Shown piece by piece: positions 9,340-17,000 of a stretch of DNA of 28,779 nt (position 1 is its first letter; each line of letters starts with the position of its first letter). The notes under the pieces are model-generated. The model worked only from the letters and a program-made list of their open reading frames with translations, did not search any database and had not been told where the DNA came from. Origin of the DNA: a virus (taxonomy: Duplodnaviria; Caudoviricetes); IMG/VR virus record IMGVR_UViG_3300028837_001194, positions 1-28,779 of that record, one strand, 5' to 3'. Both the position numbers and the translations under genes were made by a program.

Positions 9340-9698
9340 TCTAATATCGGGCCTCCATCATTATTTGCATCTGTTCGAAAAAATCTTATACATTCATCCG
9401 TTAATTCGAGGACATAGGCATCGTCCGTCGAATAATTGAACGGAATAAGCCTTGCGAGAGTCGTACTGTTTGCATCTTCTATGTATTGCGTGCCCGGACG
9501 TCTTTCTATCGGCCCCTGCGTAAAGACGAACATATTCTCAAGCTGCCTGCATCCGCTTGTGTACCGCTGAAAGTCGCTTCTCGCTTCGAGCAAGGGTGAG
9601 AACTGCCCACCATTAAAAGATGTTAGAGCGGGTGAAAATGCGTAACATATTGCAGCTATAAGAGTTATAAACAATATTATTATTGCCTTTTTTATCAT
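9336..9698 (-). CDS. Tail nozzle N-terminal module (short paralogue), with signal peptide
   Basis: SFNGGQFSPLLEARSDFQRY..GCRQLENM..QGPIERRPGTQY..RLIPFNYSTDDAYVLEL is the canonical tubular-B N-terminus. It is preceded by MIKKAIIILFITLIAAICYA|F. ATGA overlaps at both ends. Confidence 0.85.
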   Translation of the reverse strand: MIKKAIIILFITLIAAICYAFSPALTSFNGGQFSPLLEARSDFQRYTSGCRQLENMFVFTQGPIERRPGTQYIEDANSTTLARLIPFNYSTDDAYVLELTDECIRFFRTDANNDGGPILE

Positions 9699-11155
9699 TG
9701 CATCACCTGCCCCGGTTCCCCGTTTGCATCCGTTCTGTAAAAGCCCATAAATCCACCGCCAAAAGAAAGTACATAAGAATCGTCCGTCGAGATTTCAACA
9801 GGGATAAGGCGTACTGAATCAGCAGAGACACTTTCAAGATATTCTATATATGTATCGGCTTTAGGTAGTACCACAGGTTTTGTAATAAAAGCTACCGGGG
9901 CCTGCAAAGTAATACCGCCATCTCTCGTATCGTTTGTTTCAATGAAGCTCAGGTCATCAGACGAATAAGTATCACAATAATACGGATTGCGAATCACTCG
10001 TATATTGCCGAAAGTATCAATAAAGAAAGTATAGCTGTTTATATCACCTGATGTTTCTGCCTCTATAGATGATAAATCGGCTGATAATTTCCAAATGCGC
10101 TGTATCGTGCTTGTTGTTGTGCGACCGGCGACATATACATAACCGTTATAGGTGTTAATTGAATACATTACAGGTATATTTGAATTGGCATATTTCCACA
10201 TATGAACGGTATCATCGGTAAGGCTTAAAGCAAATACACAGTAGTAACGAAACTCTGCCGGAATGTTTGGATATAGATAATTTGACCATCCGCATACATA
10301 TACATAGCCCATATCATAATCAACGCACATATCATAAGGGAACTGTATTCTGACATCCCAGTCCGGGTCGTTGTCCGAATCCTCGCTCAAATCTGATTTT
10401 ATTATGTGAGGCTGATAATGCTCACAATCCTCAGCTATACCACCCACCCTCACAATTTCATCATCATTAAGAATTTGTATTGCATAGCCCCCACCAAGAT
10501 AATTATCATCTAAATCTGTTTCATAAAGTCCAATAAGTGTGCCATCGACAGCAAATTTCATTAAGCGACCACTATGCGATGAGCCGCCGTGAGCATAAAT
10601 ATACTGGTCGTCTGCGCTAAAGTGGACATCCCAAACTGTTTTGTCGTAACCGATATCGATACCAGGCTCAAAGTCTGCCGTTATAATCTCACCTGTTGTG
10701 GAATTGTATGTAGATAAAACCGAATCAATATAATCTGTATTATTAGTCATCGCTACAATACTGCCATCGGATGATATATCTGCCGCATAGGATTCAGTAA
10801 CCTCATAATCATCATCAGGGTCGTAGCTGTTTTGTGCTAAAATAGCCTCGCAATTTCTGTCAAAAATGCCCCACCGATAGCCAGCAGGAACAATATACAT
10901 AGGCGGCCAGAATATCTCCGGCAAAAATTCAGGCTCTTCCAATTCTCCGACATATTGCGTGCCCGGTCTTCTCGTAATCGGGCCGTGAGTATAAACGAGC
11001 ATATTTTCTAAGATTCGGCAGGAGCTTAAATATTTATCAAATCCGCTTCTCGCCTCAACAGACGGGCTTACCTGCCCTGCATTGAACGATAAAAATGCAG
11101 GTGAAACAGCCAAAGCAGTCGTCGAGAATAAAAGCAAAATCAAAATCCTTTTCAT
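9695..11155 (-). CDS. Tail nozzle N-terminal module (long paralogue) with a ~370-aa inserted beta-propeller-like domain, with signal peptide
   Basis: SFNAGQVSP..ARS..KY..SCRILENM..HGPITRRPGTQYV, then the insert (AADISSDGSIVA, VWDVHFSADDQYIY, YNGYVYVAG), then RLIPVEISTDDSYVLSF..FYRTDAN. The N-terminus is MKRILILLLFSTTALA|V. Confidence 0.82.
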   Translation of the reverse strand: MKRILILLLFSTTALAVSPAFLSFNAGQVSPSVEARSGFDKYLSSCRILENMLVYTHGPITRRPGTQYVGELEEPEFLPEIFWPPMYIVPAGYRWGIFDRNCEAILAQNSYDPDDDYEVTESYAADISSDGSIVAMTNNTDYIDSVLSTYNSTTGEIITADFEPGIDIGYDKTVWDVHFSADDQYIYAHGGSSHSGRLMKFAVDGTLIGLYETDLDDNYLGGGYAIQILNDDEIVRVGGIAEDCEHYQPHIIKSDLSEDSDNDPDWDVRIQFPYDMCVDYDMGYVYVCGWSNYLYPNIPAEFRYYCVFALSLTDDTVHMWKYANSNIPVMYSINTYNGYVYVAGRTTTSTIQRIWKLSADLSSIEAETSGDINSYTFFIDTFGNIRVIRNPYYCDTYSSDDLSFIETNDTRDGGITLQAPVAFITKPVVLPKADTYIEYLESVSADSVRLIPVEISTDDSYVLSFGGGFMGFYRTDANGEPGQVMQ

Positions 11156-12081
11156 TAAGACCGTCCCCCAAGATAATCGACTTTTGTTTTCGTACGCCTG
11201 TTATACTGGCTCTGGTTAGCGACTTTTGCAGAAGATTTTACCAACTGATGATATTCGAGCAGTTTATCCTGCCGTGTTTTAAGGTCTCTACCGCAAACGG
11301 GACACAGTTCGGCAGCCAGAAGCGTCGAAAAGCACTGGACAAAATCGTCGCTGAAACCCGATTCCTTATCTTTAAGGTCGTGTACGTATTCGATAAATGC
11401 ACTATCTCCTGCGTGGTTGCTCAAAGTATTGGTTATTAAAATTTTGCCATCCTGAGCTTTATTAAGGAGAGTGTCGAACCTATATTTAAGTCTTTCTTCT
11501 TCTGTGCTTGAAAAGTCCTCGTTAATCTGTCTGACGACATACTCGCAATCGTCCGGCAAATCAAAGCAATAGCTATAACCTCCAATTTCAGGGCAATAGC
11601 TCGTTATCCCCGAATCCTCTGTATATTCCCAGCTATCCGTACCCTCTATATCATCCAGAGTAAAACTCGTTGAATCGACGACTGTAATATCGGAAATCTT
11701 GTTATTGAGGGCTAATTCAAGACCGAGCGAACCTCGTACACAATAGAATCCGATTGAGTCGCCGTCCTCATAATCGTATGCCTCTTTCGTTGTTATTGTG
11801 ATAGTACCACCGGATATGCTTATATCGGAAATTGTCTCATCATACTGCTTAAAGTCAGTACCTAAATCGGCGAATTTCAAACTCTCCCTGAACGGGCAGC
11901 CCGCCTTCGCCAAATCGAGAACTACCTGTAATCTGGCCTGAGAATATATCTCAAGTGCGAAAGTTGTTATTTTGTCCGAACCATTCAGGTTAGACAAAAA
12001 AGGATATGTTCCGAACTGGTCGCCTGCCCCGCCAATCTTGCCGAAGGCTTTATTGATAATCTCCAATTTTGTGTAACTCAT
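11155..12081 (-). CDS. Tail adaptor (tail tubular protein A, T7 gp11-like) with an internal inserted beta domain
   Basis: TKLEIINKAFGKIG N-terminus, YCFDLPDDC and FVQCFSTLLAAEL motifs. It lies directly before the nozzle genes and has no signal peptide. Confidence 0.8.
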   Translation of the reverse strand: MSYTKLEIINKAFGKIGGAGDQFGTYPFLSNLNGSDKITTFALEIYSQARLQVVLDLAKAGCPFRESLKFADLGTDFKQYDETISDISISGGTITITTKEAYDYEDGDSIGFYCVRGSLGLELALNNKISDITVVDSTSFTLDDIEGTDSWEYTEDSGITSYCPEIGGYSYCFDLPDDCEYVVRQINEDFSSTEEERLKYRFDTLLNKAQDGKILITNTLSNHAGDSAFIEYVHDLKDKESGFSDDFVQCFSTLLAAELCPVCGRDLKTRQDKLLEYHQLVKSSAKVANQSQYNRRTKTKVDYLGGRS

Positions 12082-12230
12082 TATCTTCTCCTGCCAGAAC
12101 CCTTACCTCTGCCTTTGCCCCTGCCGTATCCGGGGCCGCCTCTTGAGCAGCTACTTTTATTTCTATTCCTGCGACCGCCGCCACGCATACCTCTGCCTTT
12201 GCCCGCGCCTTTTTTTGCTCCGTATTTCAT
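12081..12230 (-). CDS. 49-aa Gly/Arg/Lys-rich peptide; not in the ORF track
   Basis: MKYGAKKGAGKGRGMRGGGRRNRNKSSCSRGGPGYGRGKGRGKGSGRRR*. It has a purine-rich RBS (AGGAAGGG), fills the gap, and its TAA overlaps the adaptor ATG. Confidence 0.8.
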   Translation of the reverse strand: MKYGAKKGAGKGRGMRGGGRRNRNKSSCSRGGPGYGRGKGRGKGSGRRR

Positions 12231-12244
12231 AAGCAATTCCCTTC

Positions 12245-13174
12245 CTAATAAAGCCTGCCATAAACGGTTATGTCACCCGCCTCGCCAGTTTGCTCAGGCA
12301 GGGCATCGTAAATAACGAATTGAACCCACTCAAGACCGGTCATATCCACTACAATAAAAGCAACTTCATTATCACCGGAATTATAGACAGCGACAGAAGG
12401 CCATTTGGTTGTTTCATCAAGATTGATAGTATCAGCCCAGAAAGAAGGATTGATTTGAACCCTTGCAGTTGTATCACTTGACGATGTTATGCCGGAACAT
12501 ACAATATTGTTAGAATCAGTTGCCGTCGTTATCGCATAATATCCGGTAGTAAGGTTTGAATCATTATCTGAAGTTACATAAGCCATCATACCGGCGACAA
12601 CATTTTCGAAGGCTTCATTAGTAACCGTGAATTTGGTTTCGCTATCGGTATAAGTTACATTAGATTCATCTACCAACGCCCCTACAGCGTCACCGCCATC
12701 GGGATATACAATGACAGCCTGATTGCCAAGAACACAATCGCCCTCGGCTATGTTCTGGAGCATACCGTTAATTCTGCTCCAGCCTATGATGTTGAAACTG
12801 AATGTATTATCAATAGCATTATCAGCACCTACATCGTAATTTTTAGCGCAAATGGCAAACATCCACGCACCGCCCGATGATTGAAATTCAGTGCCGTCAC
12901 CGCTTCCGGCATAAGAGTATATTCTGTACGGCCCGCCGTTTGCTACCGATGAGCTGTTTTTATTGGCGAAATTGCCCGCCGTAGTTAATGGATATACAGC
13001 TGCAAAAGTTGCGCCGTCCTCATCTGCCGTTTCCCTTATCAGCTTCCAGCCCGAATGATATGTATCGAGCGGGTCTGCTCTGGTCGTCGTAATAATAAAG
13101 ACAATAGCCCCTACAATTACAAAGAACAGCAAGACGGCGATAGTCGCCCGTCCTAATCTTAATATCTTTTTCAT
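12245..13174 (-). CDS. Hypothetical beta-rich protein with N-terminal signal peptide/anchor, 309 aa
   Basis: MKKILRLGRATIAVLLFFVIVGAIVFIITTTRA|DP; TAAGGAG RBS; acidic, Thr/Ser/Asn-rich mature part. Confidence 0.75.
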   Translation of the reverse strand: MKKILRLGRATIAVLLFFVIVGAIVFIITTTRADPLDTYHSGWKLIRETADEDGATFAAVYPLTTAGNFANKNSSSVANGGPYRIYSYAGSGDGTEFQSSGGAWMFAICAKNYDVGADNAIDNTFSFNIIGWSRINGMLQNIAEGDCVLGNQAVIVYPDGGDAVGALVDESNVTYTDSETKFTVTNEAFENVVAGMMAYVTSDNDSNLTTGYYAITTATDSNNIVCSGITSSSDTTARVQINPSFWADTINLDETTKWPSVAVYNSGDNEVAFIVVDMTGLEWVQFVIYDALPEQTGEAGDITVYGRLY

Positions 13175-13184
13175 TTCGTTCTCC

Positions 13185-14015
13185 TTAATATCTGTTTCTG
13201 TAATATTTTCTGTACCCGTATTTGGTTCTTGCCCTCATAATGTTCTCAGCAGTAGAACTAAGTCCAACTTCTTCCGTGCCGGTGCCGTTGTTATAAAGAC
13301 TTATGATTTGCGCTTCGGTGAGTTCGTTATCGTAGATTACGAGATTGTCTATAACGCCTTTTGCCATACTAATACTGTCTTTGCCGATGTATATATCCTC
13401 ATTGCTGTTATCGACATTAGCGAAAGTTCCGTTTATATCATCACTGTCGTCAACCTGCTGGCCATCGAGATATAATTTGACGCCGCTTGACAAAGCACCG
13501 CCGTCGTAAGTGCAGCATACGAAAATAAAGTCGCTACCCTCATACAGGGCATAGTTGGTCGTAGTATCAATCCTGCCAATCTTCGCCTGACTGGCGCTTT
13601 CGTCATAAAGGGTAAAATACATATTGTCACCACCGACATAAAAGCTCCATTCAAGGGCTGTGCCCTTTTTGTTGGCTATCATAAAATCGAGAGCGCCTTC
13701 ATCTGCCGAAAGACTTATCCACGATGTAATACTAAAAGGCGTCCCATCAGGCGTAAAAGCGGCGGCATCGGAAACCGTGATATAATCGTTTGTCCCATCG
13801 AGCTCTATCGCTGCATTTATCTTGCCCGTAGTAGTATGCGCTGAAGTGTAGTCATCGGCGCCGCCTGTGCCGTGAAAAGTGCCCGTATAGCTGCCGACGG
13901 AATCGGTAACAGTCGTATTATCGGCGTCGTCGTTCATCTTCCACTGTGCAATGGCGTCGCCGAAACAGTTGCCGGGCAAAAACAATACTAAGAACAGAAA
14001 TAATATTCGTTTCAT
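13185..14015 (-). CDS. LamG / concanavalin-A-like jelly-roll protein with signal peptide (likely start 14015)
   Basis: AQWKMND..VTDSVG, GKINAAIELDGTNDYI, FSITSWI, VKLYLDGQ, GVIDNLVIYDNELTEAQIISLY are LamG_3-type motifs. GGAG RBS precedes MKRILFLFLVLFLPGNCFG|D. Confidence 0.85.
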   Translation of the reverse strand: MKRILFLFLVLFLPGNCFGDAIAQWKMNDDADNTTVTDSVGSYTGTFHGTGGADDYTSAHTTTGKINAAIELDGTNDYITVSDAAAFTPDGTPFSITSWISLSADEGALDFMIANKKGTALEWSFYVGGDNMYFTLYDESASQAKIGRIDTTTNYALYEGSDFIFVCCTYDGGALSSGVKLYLDGQQVDDSDDINGTFANVDNSNEDIYIGKDSISMAKGVIDNLVIYDNELTEAQIISLYNNGTGTEEVGLSSTAENIMRARTKYGYRKYYRNRY

Positions 14016-14025
14016 AACATTCTCC

Positions 14026-14059
14026 AAAATATGGGAGCGAGTTTCCCCGCCCCCACATT
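14026..14059 (-). terminator. Probable intrinsic terminator after the 1525-aa gene
   Basis: Minus strand ATGTGGGGGCGGG-GAAA-CTCGCTCCCATAT (stem with G-U pairs) followed by a short T run. Confidence 0.65.
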
Positions 14060-14069
14060 AAAATTAAAT

Positions 14070-17000
14070 TTATTGAGCTACTACCGTCGTTCCATCCGTG
14101 ATACATCTCCACGTCAGATACCAGATAATAACACCGGTGGCATCTCCATCGGTGTTGGTCTGCTCAATATCACCTATAGGACAGAACCAAGAATCAAACA
14201 GACTTGTAGCACCGTTAGCGGCAGCTTCGCACGGAGTCAAGACGGATGGCGTAGCATTGGAAAAGACATATTTTGTCCCTACGGCATCGCCTTCTGTTGC
14301 TACCGCCGTGGAAAAGTCAACATCCTGCGCAGGAGTTGTGGCATCGCACCAGATTTTCATATTACCGGGACCGGCAGCAATTTCTGTCGTGACAATACCG
14401 ACAAAATCAAGGATGTAAATAGGTGCTGAAACGGCAAACAAGTCCTCTGCAAACGCCGTCGAGGTTGTGCAGACAGCAGTGTAGGTTTGTCCTGCAACCG
14501 TACTGGTTGCCGGCACTAACCTTCCGGACTCATCCGTTGCATCTATCGCATAGTTCTCAAAGCACTTCATATAACCAGGGTCAAGTATAGAGCCCCAGGT
14601 ATCGGCGTACATCTTGTTGCCGGTACACATACCTGTTGCGTTGCCTGCGAACTCAATACAATGCTCTCCGGTATTTACATTGGTAAGTATATTGTTGTGA
14701 ATGTTCAAGTTGAGGCATACCTGAGCAGCGCCCCAGATTGGTGCTTCTGAAAAATCTCCATATACTACATTATTCTCTATGGTCGTATCAACACAAGCGC
14801 CCTGGTCAAGATTGACAAAAGTGGTTACGTGCCCATCAGTTACATTAAGAGTTTTATAGGTGCAGTTCCTTACGGTAACACCGGTCGCTGTACTGTGGAC
14901 GATAATGCCATCTACAAACTCATCGACAGTAGTTTCCTCACCATCAAGAAATGCGCAATCTTCAATCGTAGCGTTAAGTCCCGTAGCTTCGATATCAATA
15001 GCTTTGAGTACGTTGGTAGCGCCGGGTCGGAACTGGATGTTCTTTATAGTGATGTTGGCCTTGCTGATTACTACTTCGGCAGCCGCATTTTCAAAATCAA
15101 TTCTCGGTCGAGCATTGCCAACACCCATACCAATAACACTAATACCAGCCACGTCAAGGTCAACAGCATCGGCGTTGCTAACGTCTTCGTAATGGCCTTC
15201 GGCTACCAGAATTATATCTCCCGCATCGGCGGTACAAGCGGCCTCGGCAAGATTGATAGTCGTAAAAGCCGAACCCCACGAACGGCCATCCTCACCACTG
15301 CCTGAGCGGTCAACATACCATACCTGGCCGGTTCCTTTACCTACCAAACCTGCGATATCGACATCGAGCGACTGGTCATCTCCAATGAGACGGCTTCCAG
15401 CGGTGGATTCAATCTCGCTGTAGGTGTTTCGAGCTAAGAACATATCCGCCCCGACAATAGATGCTTCCGGTGTGGCTACGTCGCAGAATAAAGAATTGTC
15501 GCTAATAACGCCGGTGGTCGTTTCGAGAAGCTCGATACAAGGTTCGGTATTCAAACCTGCAATTCCGCCGATAGTACCGTTGAATAAGGTATTGTGCTTA
15601 ATCACTATATGGTCGGCTGCGGTAGTATCGCTGTGAATACAAGCTGTGCTATAATCACCGTGTACTTCGTTACCGACAATCTCTGCATAGTCGGAATCTT
15701 CAAAATGAACCATAGCTACGGCGTCATTCGCACCCATCTGGAACCGGCAGTTCTTAATAACAAAGTTGTTATTTGCAGCAGCGTGGTCGATACAGTGGTC
15801 GAACTCATTCGTTGCGGAGGCAAAACTAAACTGGCAATCCTCAATCCTACAGTTTTCAGCACCCGTCTTGACCGTAATAGCAACCAGCACCGAATCCGCA
15901 CCGGCAATAAAGTGAAGGTTTTTGATTGTAATATCATCGTTGTCGATAGAGAGCGTTGCGCTTCCACCGGTATAAGTAAAGGTCGGCCTAAGGTCGCCGT
16001 TGCCAAGACCTATAATGGTAACACCGCCTACATCTATGTCGGCATATTCGGTTGTAAGTGTTCCTTCGGCGTGTCCTGCAGCGACATAAATAGTATCACC
16101 CCTGTCATCAGTACAGAGAGCCTCGGCAGCGCCAAGAGTAGCAACTGCAGTTGCCCAACTCCTACCATCTCCAGCACCAGGCGTGCCGGAATCAACGTAG
16201 AATATTCTGCCTGTGCCGTATTCGGCAACCTCATCATCAACTTCAGGTACAAGATAAGCCGAAGTGTTAATGGCATTTGAACCATAATTTTCAAAACACA
16301 TCATAGAACCGGGGTCGAGTACCGAACCGTATGTATTGGCATACAACCTATTACCTGAACAAACACCAGTCGCAGCGCCAGAACCTTCGACACACATTGC
16401 AGCCGAGGTATAGTTGCTGATAATGTTGTTCGTTATGGTCAGATTAACCGGAACGGCTGCACCCCAGTAGACAGCTGCATCTGCAAAAGTGCCGAATATC
16501 CTGCAATTCGTTATCGTGCAGTTGTCGATAGTAGTATCCTCAAGGTTGATAAACGTATCGGCTTCACCAGCTGTAGCGTTAGGATTTACATAAGTACAGT
16601 TATTAATGGTAACTACAGCTGTTGCATCAACGAGAATGGCATCTTCCCATTCATCGCCGGACTGCTCGCCGGTAATAAATGCACAATTATCCATCGTGCA
16701 GCCAATAGCGCCGGATTCAAAGTGAATACCTTTCGTCATAACCGAAGCGCTTGGATTAAAGCGAAGGTTCTTGAGCGTGACACCCGCGGCATTGATAGTT
16801 AAAACCAGCGTAGTATTGCCATCAAAATCAAACAGCGGACGGGCATCACCTTCACCTAAACCAATAATTGTCAGGTTAGCTACATCAATTATCGGTTGTG
16901 CCGCCTGAGTCCATCCTTCGTTGTGACCATCTGCTATGTAAATAACATCACCGGCGGAAGATGCGGCCTCAGCGAGAATAAGTGTAGAGTAGGCGTTTTC

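Noticed and set aside
14031-16280. Plus-strand ORFs (e.g. 14829..15305, 15594..16280) and other antisense ORFs across the window
   Set aside because: They lie opposite well-supported minus-strand genes and show no recognisable motifs; they are most likely shadow frames.
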